This document shows positions 13,041-25,801 of a DNA stretch of 64,000 nucleotides, in pieces. The stretch spans positions 86,924,001 to 86,988,000 of the forward strand of contig CM060731.1 of the NCBI GenBank assembly GCA_030704615.1, written 5' to 3'. The stretch is from Takakia lepidozioides (taxonomy: Eukaryota; Plantae; Bryophyta). A program made the translations under genes and the position numbers. Numbering within the stretch: the stretch's first letter is position 1; the number at the start of each line of letters is the position of its first letter. A model generated the notes under the pieces. The model was given only the letters and a program-made list of their open reading frames with translations. It searched no databases and was not told the DNA's origin.

Positions 13041-15320
13041 ATGGCAGAGGGCCAGGACGATGAGCGTCATGGAAGACATGACCCGAATGAACATGAACTG
13101 CCCCCTAAGAAAATGAAAGAGTCAAGGCAAAACTTGAATTGGGAAGTATACGATGACTCTAACATACTAGCAGAAGAGGGCTGGGAGGATGTTCCGGAAG
13201 AGTTCAGGGTGCCGATGGGGAGATGCAAAAAATTCGTGAAGTGGTATTACATCAATCGATTGTGGCCTCTGGATAGGCATGACGTGCAAACCCGAAACAA
13301 TTACGCAGAGTCCAGGTCTTGCACGAACTTGCATTTCCAGCATAAGGCGATTGAGGTGCATAACACATTGTGGGGTCAACCTATCTTAAAGGGCCAAATC
13401 CCGTACACCTTGGCAGCCATGTTGTACGTGGAGGTCATACTATTACGTCCAGTGAATTGGCAAACTGCTAGTAGGAGGAACGCAAGGATGTTATACGATT
13501 TGGAGTACATCCCGGACACATTTGTAACACAACCGGCTGCAACGTTAGAGGAACAACTGGCGGAAAGAGACCAGCGAATCAGGACCTGCACGACCAACTG
13601 GACTGGCAAACACTGCGCATAGCCGAGTTGGAAGCTAGATTGCAAGACATGCCTCCAAACAATGAAGACACTGTTGTCCATAATGAGGTTCGAACAAACG
13701 TCTTGGACATGGACGCGGAGTTTGCAATGCCTGATCGCAGTATTGACCTCATCATTCACGAAATTACGGACGTCCTTGACCTTGCGGCATGGTTGAGGAA
13801 CAGCGAATTGCGGATAAGATATGGAGGAAAAGAAAAGAACCAGTACTGGAAACCGGGAAATGCTCGAGGGTCGTCATTCAATCCGAGATTAATCCGATAT
13901 TTGATGTCGAATGCGTTACAAAGGAGCGGGACATTGTCATGGCAACTACATGGCGCTTGTCCAAAACATTGGAGATTCGGGCATGGGTCCCATTGAATGA
14001 CGATTGGGAGATTTGGATACAATGGGCGACCCATTTGGCCTCCAGAGAAGCACGGGTAGAGCGGGCACTGTCAGCCTTGCAACGTGTCGCACGCATATCA
14101 AACCGTAGCGTGGATAGCATTTATGCCAACATGCAAAGGTATAACGATCTATGCAGCTCATCAAGCGTGTTCGCCGGGTATATCAACTGGGCAGATGTGG
14201 ATTCTATGTTCGATCGATGTGAGCACAAAATTTCGGGGCGAACAGAAGCATAAACTGGGAATTGGAGATAGAGGAGGAGTGGGACATCACAACAAGGATG
14301 ACCAGCCACATCAAACCGGCCCAGAAGAAGGAGATACCACGACGCGTTTTGCCGTCATGGATATCAGATGACACAGTTTGTTCGATGTGCAGGAATCCAT
14401 ACGGCCCAGAGGGATATCATGTGCTTGGATCATGTAGACATATGTTCCATCTCACATGTCTTATCTCGTTGCCTAGAATGTCGTACACCAATCCATCGCC
14501 GTTTCTATGAGCTGGTGGGCTTGGAGGAAAGGATGCCCATAGGTTTTGAATACAATCGACACAACCTCCCATTGGATGGGCTACCATTTACATTTCTGAA
14601 TTGTGTGCATTGGGGCAAGATGGGATGTAGACAGAGAGATGCATGGCATACGTTAAAGATCCCCAGTATTTTTGGGTCACATCTGACTGGGAGATAACCA
14701 TACGTGCGGGAGACATTCCCGATTGGTGGGAGAGAGAGCAGTTTTGTTGCAATTTGGGAGGGCATTGGAGTCGGAGAAGGTCCAGGTTTATCCGGCTCCC
14801 ACAGGTTCCATGGGTGCCGGAGGAGAATGAATTGTATAATCGAGAACCGATTGGGAGACATTTGTTGTTGTCCGAACTGGAAGATGCTATAATATGTCAA
14901 CGCCAAATGAATGAGGCGTACGAGGTGGCTTATCGTCGAAACGACACAACGATTAGGGGCAGGGCCCGCAAAAGGCAGTTAGAAAGTTTCAAAAGTACCA
15001 TCAAGGCAGTTGTAGAGCAATGGAGGCGACTATGGACAGACCGCTATCATCGTGTTTCGGGGGCTCTATTGCCGAATGTGGATGGCATCGTTGCCGATTT
15101 GCATGCAACCCGAGCACTTGTTGTCGATCCATCTCCCCACGTCGTGAGAGTAAAGAAGAAAGTCAACTTTCACCGCGAAGTAGGCGGATGCAAGCCAGAA
15201 TTGATCACATGCCATTAGGCCCCTCATTGATCACGAGATCACGGTCGCAAGCTCTCCGTATTGGCAGTGCAAATCTGGCCACAACATCACATCCTTTGTC
15301 CTCGGACAGTGATGACTAGG
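13041..15320 (+). pseudogene. TE-associated gene with N-terminal VNW-containing domain, coiled coil and RING-H2-like finger; frameshifted
   Basis: Chain of overlapping + ORFs. RING: CSMCRNPYGPEGYHVLGSCRHMFHLTCLI / RCLECRTPI (about 14378-14495). Confidence 0.6.
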
Positions 15321-15774
15321 CTTTTAATGACTGACAACGTAATACATAGACAAAGTGCATTCTTGTTGTAACTTGAATATTGTTGGAAAATACAGTGATA
15401 GCATTCCGCCAATTTTGTATATGCACCAATTTTGTTAATACACAATGCACATGTGCGGCACCTGCCAATTTCAATTGCATGAGCAGCGTTTTTTTCACAT
15501 TTACACTCGTGTGATGGGGAAGAAGTGGGGTTTACCCTGTAAACAAATTTACAATGGTGTCATATTTGTCATGACGTGTTTGTGGGTAATCTGCAATGAA
15601 CTCCGAAAGCTAGAGAACAAGGAAAATTGATGTTAACCAATAAGTTATAATAGTTACGAACGCTCGTCTTCCAAACAAATTTCGTCTGGTCCCTGCGTAT
15701 TTCATAATCATTTCGCAAATTCTATGATCTTTCTACGTATGACGAACATACCCACAAAGTTCTCAAAGCACAAA

Positions 15775-17830
15775 ATAATTTCGATTGATCTCATATTACG
15801 CTGGGACCTGTCAGATGGTACGTTGAATATACTGGCCAAGTCTCAAAGCGAACGAAAATCAATTGGATGGGCAACCATCCGTTGGCCCATTGAACGAATT
15901 TCGATTGATCTCATATTACTCTGGGACCTCTTACATGGTACATTGAACATACTGGCCAAGTCTCAAAGCGATCCAAAATCATTTCGATGGGCAACCATCC
16001 GTTGAGCCATTGAATGAATTTCGCTTGATTTGTGTTTTACTTCATGCACTATTTATAGAGAGTTCTGCAATAGTGAACGAAGAGAACACTTTTTTTTTGG
16101 GACATTTTTTATTGGTCCAAATTTTGGTGGGGGAGTAGCAGTGGCATGCTTGAAGCCGCAAAACAAAATTGAGCCAAAAACAAAATCGATACGTGGCAGA
16201 AACCCCTGATGAAAGGCAGTGCAAACCTAATTATTTGCTTGAAATTCATTTAAATTCAATTCAATTTTCGAATTGGTTGAGGGGTGAGCACGTCGATTTT
16301 TTCTTCTGTTGTGTCGCACACATGTTCAAGTACATGCGGGCAAAAGTAGGGCTTCATCCACATCCGTTCAATGGGTGCAATAACCATTCACCCATGACAT
16401 GATATTTTTTTTTGCAACGAACAATATTGGATGACAAGTGAACGCCTCATTGGCCCATCGAACGAATTTCGATTGATCTCATATTACACTGGGACCTGTG
16501 AGATGATACGTTGAATACACTGCCCAAGTCTCAAAGCAAACCAAAATCATTTGGATGGGCAACCATCCGTTCAGCCATTGAACGAATTTCGATTGATCTC
16601 ATATTACTCTGGGACCTCTTACATGGTACATTGAACATACTGGCCAAGTCTCAAAGCAAACCAAAATCATTTCGATGGCCAACCATCCGTTGAGCCATTG
16701 AATGAATTTCGATTGATCTAACATTAGTCCGGGACATGTGAGAGGGTGTCCCGAACGTACTGGCCAAGTTTGAAAGCAAACAAAAATGATTTGAATGGGC
16801 AACCATCCGTTCACCCGTTGAATGAATTCCGTTGGATCTGCTATTACTTTGGGACCTGTTGGACTGCGTTTCGCATGCTCGTGATTTTTTTTTCATTCTG
16901 TTTTTGAACCATATGTATAATGACTTCATATGCAACGTGCGTGCCAAATTTGGGAGCGAACAAAATTCATTTGGACTCAAAACCACAGTTTCTTCCATGT
17001 TTTGCACTCCAAACTTAATTTGTGTTTTACTTCATGCATTCTTCATAGAGAGTTATGCAATAGTGAGCGAAGAGAACACTTTTTTTTTGGGACATTTTTT
17101 ATTGGTCCAAATTTTGGCGGGGGAGTAGCGGTGGCATGCTTGAAGCTGCAAAACAAAATTGAGCCAAAAACAAAATCGATACATGGCAGAAACCCCCAAT
17201 CAAAGGCAGTGCAAACCTAATTATTGGCTTAAAATTCATTTAAATTCAATTAAATTCTTGAATGGCTTGAGGGGTGAGCGCGTCGATGGGGAGGCAAATG
17301 ATTTATTCGTCTGTTGTGTATTCGCACATGTGTTGCAAACATGTTCAAGCACATGCGGGCAAAAGATGGGCTTCAACCACATCCGTTCAATGGGTGCAAT
17401 AGCCGTGCACGCACTGAAGGATTTATTTTTCGCAATGAACAAAAACTGGATGACAAGTGAACGCCTCATTGGCCCATCGAATGAATTTCGATTGATCTCA
17501 TATTACTCTGGGGCATGTCAGATGGTACGTTCAACATGCGGACCAAGTCTCGAAGTGAACGAAAATCATTTGGATGGACAACCATCCGTTGGCCCATTGA
17601 ATGAATTTCGTTTCAATTCATATTACTCTGCAACCTCTTAGATGGTACATTGAACATATTGGCGAAGTCTCAAACTGAACGCAAAATCATTTTGATGGGC
17701 AACCGTCCGTTGAGCCATCAAATGAATTTCAATTTATCTCATATTAGTCCGGGACCTGATACATGGTATGTTGAACATAATGGCAAAGATTGAAAGCAAA
17801 CGAAAATCATTTGGATGGGCAACCATTGAA
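15775..17830. repeat. Tandem ~120-bp repeat array with a larger (~430 bp) duplicated block
   Basis: Unit TTCGATTGATCTCATATTACTCTGGGACC...TGGCCAAGTCTCAAAGC...GGATGGGCAACCATCCGTT is repeated. About 16030-16460 is duplicated at about 17020-17480. Confidence 0.9.
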
Positions 17831-17884
17831 TCGCCCATATTTAACCGGGACCTGTTACACGGTATGCATTTTGAAGCTCTTTTT

Positions 17885-18174
17885 GTAGTGTCTCCTGCTT
17901 CGTAATGCGGTGCTTCTCCATGTCCAGTTTATCCAATATGTCGATGTTCTCCACCTGGAACAGATCCACACATGTGTGCAGAAATCCTTAAATAAGCAAA
18001 TGACCATCTCCACTTTTATAAGCCTCATCTGCAGCTTCCAATTTTGATGGTCATTTGGTTTTTTAAGTATTTACATACGCATGTGTGGATATGTTCCAAA
18101 TGGAGAATATCAACGTTGGAAAAATAAGAGTTGGAGAAGCACCTCATTACGTAATACGAAGCAAGAGACATTAC
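17885..18174. repeat. Long imperfect inverted repeat (hairpin 1)
   Basis: Arm 17885-18008 (GTAGTGTCTCCTGCTTCGTAATG...AAATGACCATC) pairs with 18046-18174 (GATGGTCATTT...CGAAGCAAGAGACATTAC). Confidence 0.8.
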
Positions 18175-18471
18175 AGAAGACCTCAACATATTGAACATCT
18201 AGATAAAGAACCTTGCCCATCGTCAGTTCAAGCGTTACTGAAATGATCACATGTTTGTTGGTTTTCACAAATGCGATGTGATACATTTGTGAAATGGTAT
18301 CACATCAACCGTTTAATGTGGCCAATGCACCTCTTCTGCACCATGGCAGAAATGTTCGTCACTTGAAGGCACAAACACAAATAATCCGTGCAAACAATAT
18401 CAAGAATCATATGTACTGCAAGGTGTTTCATACTGCCGATGTTCATGTGGCTGATTTCCTTAGGAATCGTT

Positions 18472-18688
18472 TTGCTACTCTCATGCCAACAACATCAGGT
18501 TCACTGGGACTGCCATATTCCAAATTCCGTATCAGCCACCACGGACATGAAACCAGGAACTGAGCACAAAATCTCCAATTCATTCAATTTATGGTGGGTC
18601 ATGGCTGCAAGCTGGCCGGGGTGGCTGATACATTCGTTTGAACATGACAGTCTCAGAGGATCTGATGTTGTTGGCATGGGAATAGCAA
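18472..18688. repeat. Imperfect inverted repeat (hairpin 2)
   Basis: TTGCTACTCTCATGCCAACAACATCAG...GTATCAGCCACC pairs with GGTGGCTGATAC...CTGATGTTGTTGGCATGGGAATAGCAA. Confidence 0.8.
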
Positions 18689-18832
18689 GAAGAGTACTAC
18701 AGAATTCAGCTAGAGGAACAACAATTCAAACACCTTACCGTAAATATGATTGTTGACATTTGTTGTGACAGCTCCAATCAATAGAGAACTCGCACCATCA
18801 GTTGCACTCCAGCAGCAGTACCGGTCCCCCGA

Positions 18833-19378
18833 GTAAATAAAGTTCCGTTGTAAATAATAAATTGCATACGCTCGAATCTCACAGATGTCATTTCAACAAA
18901 ACTGGCTGTGTATTGTGTCACTGTTTGTAACTTCAAATGTTTCAATGTTTCTGACAGGGTACTGAGAAAATGATATATTGGTTCCGTAGGAGTTAGACAA
19001 CAAATGTTCCATATCTCATTCAAATGTCGACACTACCATGAGTGGCATGGATAAAAAAGTAATAGGTGTACATGCGACCTCCGGATGTTCAAGTAGACCA
19101 TTCGCTGGACCTAGTATCAAACGTTCGGACTTCGGAGGTCGCATGTGCACCTATAACTTTCTGATCCATGTCTCTCATGGAGTATCGCACATCCGACTGA
19201 GATGTGGGATTGTTTAACTCCTACGGAACTAATACATCGTTTTCTCAGAACCCTAGCGGAAACGTTGGAACATTACAAATATAAACAGTGAGACAATACA
19301 CAAACCATTTATGTTGCGATGACAGGTGTCAGGGTCGAGCATATGCAATGTCACATTTACAATGGGACTTTATTTATT
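18833..19378. repeat. Long imperfect inverted repeat (hairpin 3, ~250-bp arms)
   Basis: Arm ending CATGCGACCTCCG (about 19083) pairs with the arm starting CGGAGGTCGCATG (about 19133). The outer ends TAAATAAAGTTCCGTTGTAAAT / ATTTACAATGGGACTTTATTTA are complementary. Confidence 0.85.
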
Positions 19379-19459
19379 ACATGCACGATCAAAATTGAGT
19401 TATATCTTCATAAAAGAACCATTGTACCGCCACAAATTTCATATCTACGAGACTATGGT

Positions 19460-21720
19460 CTACTCCGTCCTATATACGTCTTTCGGCTCAGGCCAATTGA
19501 ATGGTTTGCCTATGAACCGAAGTACTACATGGGCTAATGTGACTATCTCATTCTTGTTGTTGTCGTACAACCTTTGTAGCATTGAATGCCAACAACCTCC
19601 CGTAAATTGGTCCTCGAACATATTTTGATCATAATGAGCGCCGTCATTTATTCGTACCGCTATCTTCCCAATGACAAAGGCCTCCCACATCATGTCCTGG
19701 GGGGGGGGGGGGGGGTGGCATTCGCATTAAAAACCGATGCAATATCTTTTTCCACCCATCATCTTTTTGCGAGTTCCCGGTCCAGCTTGTCTTGGTTTTC
19801 AAACAACGGAGGGATGTCTCCCAAACTTTTTTACCTACACAAGAGTAGAAACAAATAAAGATTAGCGAAGACATACATGAAGAAAAAAACATGTAAACAA
19901 AATTGATAGGGAATGAAGATCTTACAATGCGGGTGGCGAACGATTTGGCTCCTCCCGGGCCAAATTTGTGCGTGGAATCCCCTTTCTCTAGGCGGACATT
20001 GGCTGCCTCACGACCCCGAGCAAACTTTGGCTTCTTCTCGGCATCGGTCTCCTCGGCAATGAGGACCTCCCAAGACTCCTAGGCATCCATCCTCGTTTTA
20101 TTAGTTCTTATATACATGAAAGCATGCATGAAGAGGCTTACACATGGGGGGAAAAAATACAATGGAAAGACAAGAGACGAAGATAGCATACCTACGAACA
20201 GGTTGTAGGCCTCTTGGGAACGAGGCCGCCCTTTGTTGCCCGCCGGATCTCCATCCTCGCACGGCATCGCTTGTTCCTCAAGTTCATCCCGATCACCCCC
20301 ATTAGCCGGGTCTCACTCCAATGACCCCCAAAGACATTTTCTACCTCATCCACAAACTCTCTACGACGCGCCCATGGAATTTGGTCCCACTCTACATGCA
20401 AGGGAACCACCTAGATGCCTTTGAGAAGATATATTTCTTCATGACCTCCCGAAATTCCCCCATAGGATATCCATGTACATTCACCTCTAAAGGTGGGATC
20501 TGAAGTACAACATTCTCTCCCTTTTTTTTACGCTTCTTGGTCTTCCCTCCCTTGCCACTACTAGGCGCTACCACATCAGAGCTCTTCCCACTTATCCCAC
20601 TTGTATCTCCCGACACATAGGGCTGACCACTAGGACCTCTACGACATCCTTGCGAGGCCTCTTTTTCTTCTTTGGGGGTTCTACTGATGGGCCTTTTCCT
20701 TTCCCAACAACAGCCTCACTTTCTCTCTCTCTCTGCCTGCGTCTCTCTCTAGCCCCCTCATCAATGACAAGAGGGACCTCAAGGAGCCGTACCCCCATCG
20801 TCTGACTCTGCATTGAGCCGAAAGAGGCCGCAACCTGCGAATTAAACACAAGTTCAAAAAAGACGAGAAAAACTAAGAACAAATTTGAATAAGATATGTT
20901 ACCTGGTGGTCAGAGGCAATGGTCGCCGCAAGGGGAATGCCCAATTTCGCCAAGGGCACCGCCTTCTCGGTGGGAGAGGCGGCATCCCAACTTGGCAAGA
21001 GGTTGCCGGCATCCACCAAACGACGTCTAGTCGAGGTGGAAACACCCCCGGTGCTCCCATGAACATGTGAGGGAGAGGGCGCCACATCACCGACAAAGTC
21101 AACATAGCCGCCGCCGCAAGCTCGGTGGTGGCATCAAGTTGCCCTGATGAACTCCCCCTGGCATCACCACCCCTCTCCACCTCTGACCCCAACCCAAGGC
21201 TCAAAGTACGTGATGACATCCGCTCCACCCTCTCCTTCTCTCTTGCCTCAACCAGGGCTGCCCTCCAAGCCTTTATTTGCGATGTCGGGCTAGGGCCATC
21301 CGGGATATCGAGGTAACCCATCCTAGGGCCCTCCCAAATAATCCTAGGAGATAGGGGTGGTGTGAGCCCTACCTCTAACTCATGGGCATGAGCAGATGGG
21401 ACTGCCGGACCATGCACTACATGCTGCAATGAAGTGGTATGGATGGTACCATAAAAAGTTGTCGGATGGATGGCGAGGGGGGCCAGGGGGCATGTTGCCC
21501 GGGGGGGGGGGGGGGGGTGTGTGCCTCCGGGAGGACTCCAGGGGCAGGACCAGCAGCCGCGGGGGTGGGCAGGCAACAACATCCGCCGAGGCTCCCACGT
21601 CCTCGCGGCTCTTCCTTGTCGAACGAGTTATGCGCAGGGCCATATCCAAGTTGTCATGTCGTTTCTTCTTCTTCATGGAAGGAGGGCGACGAGGGGTCTG
21701 GTCCTCATCCGGGGCCATGC
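19460..21720 (-). pseudogene. Multi-exon transposon accessory gene, TnpA/Ptta-En/Spm-like
   Basis: VEWDQIPWARRREFVDEVENVFG...IGMNLRNKRCRAR, then exon SWEVLIAEETDAEKKPKFARGREAANVR...THKFGPGG (resembles the HxxGxxG motif). Apparent GT-AG introns near 20080-20195 and 19835-19925. Confidence 0.5.
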
Positions 21721-22257
21721 CTACAATGCAAACAAATACGCATGACCTCAAAAGAAGCAAATAAAACAGGGATGGTAGCATAGAACACATTAACAAACAA
21801 ACAAAACTAGCTAAGATAACCAAAAAAATAACTAACTAACAAACAAACAAAACTAAGTAAAGTAACAAAAAATAAAAGTAAACCCTCACGAACAAACCAA
21901 CAACCAAGCCCCTAAGCTAATTAACACTAAACCAACTAAGCTAAAATACTAAGTAACCATTTTTATTTATTTTCTGAAGGGAAACACCTAGGAGCTCACA
22001 AATCAGGCCCTTCATAGTGAGAGGAGAAAATAACCTCTTTCACAGTAACGTTGCCGTGAAGGCTTTCTGATGGGACACCGCCCAAGGGAAGGGGGAGAAG
22101 AGCATACCATACCCGTCAAGTTGCAGGATTTGACCCCAGAAAAATATGGGTGGCACTCAGTGCACTAACCAACTGAGCTACTGACTGCTGGGAGGTTGGG
22201 GGGCTCACTGCACCCAAACCAAGGCTCGGGCGCGTAGGGAAGCAAGCAGGCCGAGGG

Positions 22258-22292
<35 letters not shown>

Positions 22293-22533
22293 CTTCATCA
22301 CTTGGGGGCGAATTAACACAAAAGAAAAAAAAAAACAAGGGAAGGGGGCAGAATTGCTCACCTGCCGAGCAGCGAAGGGACTGCGGGGGGTGGGGGGTTG
22401 GGCGGGTTTCAGCGCGCGAGCAAGCAACAGCTGCTCAGTGGCAAGCAAGCGAGGGGGTGATCGGGCGAGCAGAGCGAGTTGATTGCGAAGCTCCACCCGC
22501 GCGTTGAACCTCCACCCGCGCTGAAGCTCCACC

Positions 22534-22695
22534 TGTAGGTACGTTCCTCTATCCCCTCACAAGATTAATACTACACTAAGAAGGGGGAGAGAGTGCATGA
22601 GAGAAGATATACATGTCATGTCAAGACATGGACAAGACCACTAAGGTCATTGTCATTGAAAGACAAAGCAACCCTTTACAGGGCATCATCTAACA
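22534..22695 (-). mobile_element. Short (~160 bp) LTR with adjacent polypurine tract
   Basis: Minus strand reads AAAAGGGGT (PPT-like), then TGTTAG...CCTACA (TG...CA ends). No partner LTR found. Confidence 0.45.
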
Positions 22696-24627
22696 ACCCC
22701 TTTTACCAACTCATTTGAACATCTTATAACTTTTCAGGGTATCTAAAAAACAGGGTGGGAGGGCGGGATTCCTGGTCATTCATATCCTGAAAGTCCCATA
22801 AGTTGACATAAAGCATTCATTTTTTGTTGTTGACACGGGTCAAGCCTTACATAATCTAGTTCTTGAGCCATTCATCTTCCTAAAACAGCATCCTGTGTAG
22901 GCGTGAAACTGATCTGTCAGTGCCAAGACACATGCAAGATTCATAAAGTAGAAGCGTGGCTGAGTTTTTTCAGGCATATGTAAGCCTGGATAGTTATTCC
23001 AGGACTTCAAGATCAAAACTCTGCCATAGTATAAGGTAGGAAGCGCACAACATCTACCAGCAAGCAGTTCTTGAAAACCAAAATACTGATGGGGCTAGGT
23101 CTGAAGGTGCTTCAGTGCCAAGTCATAAGCCAGATTTCTAACAAAACAAAACATAGGGCTGAGTACCCTCAAGTAGATATGGGCCTGGAGTGGTATTCCA
23201 GGGCCTCATAACAAGCTCTGCTAGTTAAAGAAATGAACTCAGAAACCATTGTCCCCTATCATGCAATGAAATAGTGGTGATATAAGAGCCTTGAAGAATG
23301 TTTGTTATCACAAGGTCTATCTTCTGATCCATCAGAGCCAGGCCATGGTGTTTCATTTCAGAGCTTAGTTTCCATGCTGCCAGAGCTATAGCCGCAGCCA
23401 TGTACCTTTGTTGAAAACAGCCAGAGCCTTCAACAGAGACTTTGTTTTCTATGAAGTCCCTTGTGTGTCTTAACTCCAAAACATATAGAAGTGGTTATCA
23501 AGAACCAAAAACAGGGATAAGGAGTAAGAAGGTGATCCTCATTAGAGCAGACTTGAAGCCAATTTGAGGCAGCAAGATGGCAGATTTGAAACAACAGTTG
23601 GTATCAACAGCTTCAGGCGGTAGCAGCAATCCCTTATGCATGAATCAGACTCTGCAAGCTTCAATAATTCAAGACAAGTGAAGACCCTCACCTGTGCCCG
23701 TCCCAAAAACCACCATATAGAGATGTGTGTTAGTGAGGATGCATCAGGTGAGTGGCAGGTTTTCACAGTTGCTATCCATGTCAGTGTTGAATTCTAAAGC
23801 ATGTACAAATCGTAATCCAAGCAAGGGTACACTCAAAAAAAACCTTGAGTGTTTGTGGTATGCCCTGCGCCATGGCGTCCAATAGATGTCTCCAGCAGAA
23901 CGTAATCAAAGTAGAAGTGTTCACAGATAGAGAGTAGCTCATACAGAAAGAGAGCAACATGTAATCTGTGGCTAAGTAGGGGTGGAGTACTTCCCAACGA
24001 GGAGTAAGAGCGCCGTTGCGAATTTAACAAAATCATAAATTTCTGAGCAGAGCGATCACTGCATTGTCGACTGCCAGAGAGGAATCTGTCTATCTGCCAA
24101 TGCGCATCCCAAAAGCCAGCCATCACGAGTACCATGTAGCCGCAAGGGAGCAGGTTTACACGGCGCATCATCAAGGATCATAGAAGCACGAGTTCTGTGC
24201 TGTGAAATATGTCGGCCCGTTTAGGGCACAACTTCCCGATTTCTCATCCAGGGTGGATGAAAAATCACATTTTAAAGAGATGCACTTTGTTAATGGATGA
24301 TATCCCATGAAAAGGTATCTTAGGGTTACGGTATAGGCTTAGGTTTAGTAACTACCATCATTTATGATGGTACAAATTACTACCTCTTGGATTTTTAGAA
24401 TAGGTCACCATTATTCATGTATTTCATCCAGTTTAGATGAAAGAAGCAAATAGTAAGTATCAAGGCCAAATGAAATCCAAAAAGTTATAGAGGGAGAGGG
24501 AGAGAGGGAGAGAGAGATAGAGAGGGGATGAATGTTGCCCATGTCCGACGGACACGGGCATATATTCATCCATTTTAGCATGCTATGGATGATTTTCATC
24601 CATCGTGAAAGATGAATTTTTAAACAT

Positions 24628-25005
24628 TGCGACGCTTTTGCGAAGTAATTTCAAATTTTGCGTTGGATTTTTTATGGTTTTAATTCAAGTGACGGAAAAT
24701 CCGTCGCATATTTTTGCTTGGTTTTTTAAAACAAAAACATAACTGCGACGCCCAGGGGATCGCTTGGCGGCCGACAACGCGTCGCAGTTTTACTGCGACG
24801 CCCAGGACGACGTTTTTGGGGTTTTTTCTGTGGCGGTCTTTAGGGGGGGGGGGGGTTTCTTGGGGGAGGCCCAGGGGCGTCTTACGCGGCCAAAAGCGTC
24901 ACAGGTTAGCTGTGACGCCCTGAGCGTCACATTTGGGCTTTTTTTTGGGGGGGCGGGGCCACCAAAAGCGTCGCAGGTTTAGTGCGACGCACCTGATGTC
25001 GCATT
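24628..25005. repeat. GCGACGC/GCGTCGC subterminal-type repeats (CACTA-like)
   Basis: Repeated TGCGACGC and CGTCGCA motifs in both orientations, immediately upstream of the SET exon. Confidence 0.6.
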
Positions 25006-25144
25006 TTGGGGTTTTTTTTTTTTTTTTACCCTGGGAGGGTGGGGGGGGAGGGGTTTTCCAGTGTTGGACTGGTATCGTATTTTGAACACATCAGGCTAGT
25101 ATTGGTATATAATCCAAATTTGAATTTTGTTTTGTATGCAATAG

Positions 25145-25801
25145 GTGATGGTGCGGTCACGTCCCCATCGGTGCACGGAGGATGATTTCCGGAACGTTTA
25201 TGTACAGCCACCCAACCCGGGTTCAAACATTGGTGTGGTTGACATACCTCCACGAGCACCTCGGCGCCATAGGCTCGATGATTTGCCAATTGTACCACAT
25301 GTGTCTGAACAAGGCCCCAGGCATCCGGTCAATGATATTGTGGTTCCTCGTGGGAGCAACAGCATGGTGGACTTGTTTCCATACTACACCTCCGGGGAGT
25401 TGCATACATTACGCCTCGAAGCCCCATATATCCTACCCTACATTTTGTGTGTCAACGGACAGGATGTACGTAGATGGAGGGTGTCTCCCATTGAGATCAG
25501 ATTTTGTGATGGTGACCCCGATATCTTTGGAAATGTTGCTGGGCTGGTCAACAGTTCTTTTGGTCATCCTAGGAGAATCAATGTAGTATGGGACGAGCAA
25601 AGTGACGGGTATGAGAGGTTTTGTGGTCATATACGTCGGTATACTGTGAGTCCGCACATGTTTGTGATGACATGTGCTAGTAGGACTATTAGGGCTGGCA
25701 CCAAGCTATTTGCATCATACGAGTTCTTCCGGGATGATTGGGACCGCCGGTTACAGCATGAGTGGGATGTGTATGATAGAAATAGGGTTGCTTTGAGGTA
25801 G
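25145..25801 (+). CDS. Divergent SET-domain protein exon (probably the last exon; TE-associated)
   Basis: FCDGDPDIFGNVAGLVNSS..P..NV corresponds to the SET GNxxRFINHSxxPN motif, and ASRTIRAGTKLFASY to AxRDIxxGEELxxDY. Acceptor TTTTGTATGCAATAG just before 25145. Open for 218 codons. Confidence 0.65.
   Translation: MMVRSRPHRCTEDDFRNVYVQPPNPGSNIGVVDIPPRAPRRHRLDDLPIVPHVSEQGPRHPVNDIVVPRGSNSMVDLFPYYTSGELHTLRLEAPYILPYILCVNGQDVRRWRVSPIEIRFCDGDPDIFGNVAGLVNSSFGHPRRINVVWDEQSDGYERFCGHIRRYTVSPHMFVMTCASRTIRAGTKLFASYEFFRDDWDRRLQHEWDVYDRNRVALR

Noticed and set aside
22258-22292. Poly-G tract (also about 11932, 19699, 21501) as G-quadruplex or poly-Pro ORF
   Set aside because: Homopolymer lengths are unreliable and there is no independent support for function.
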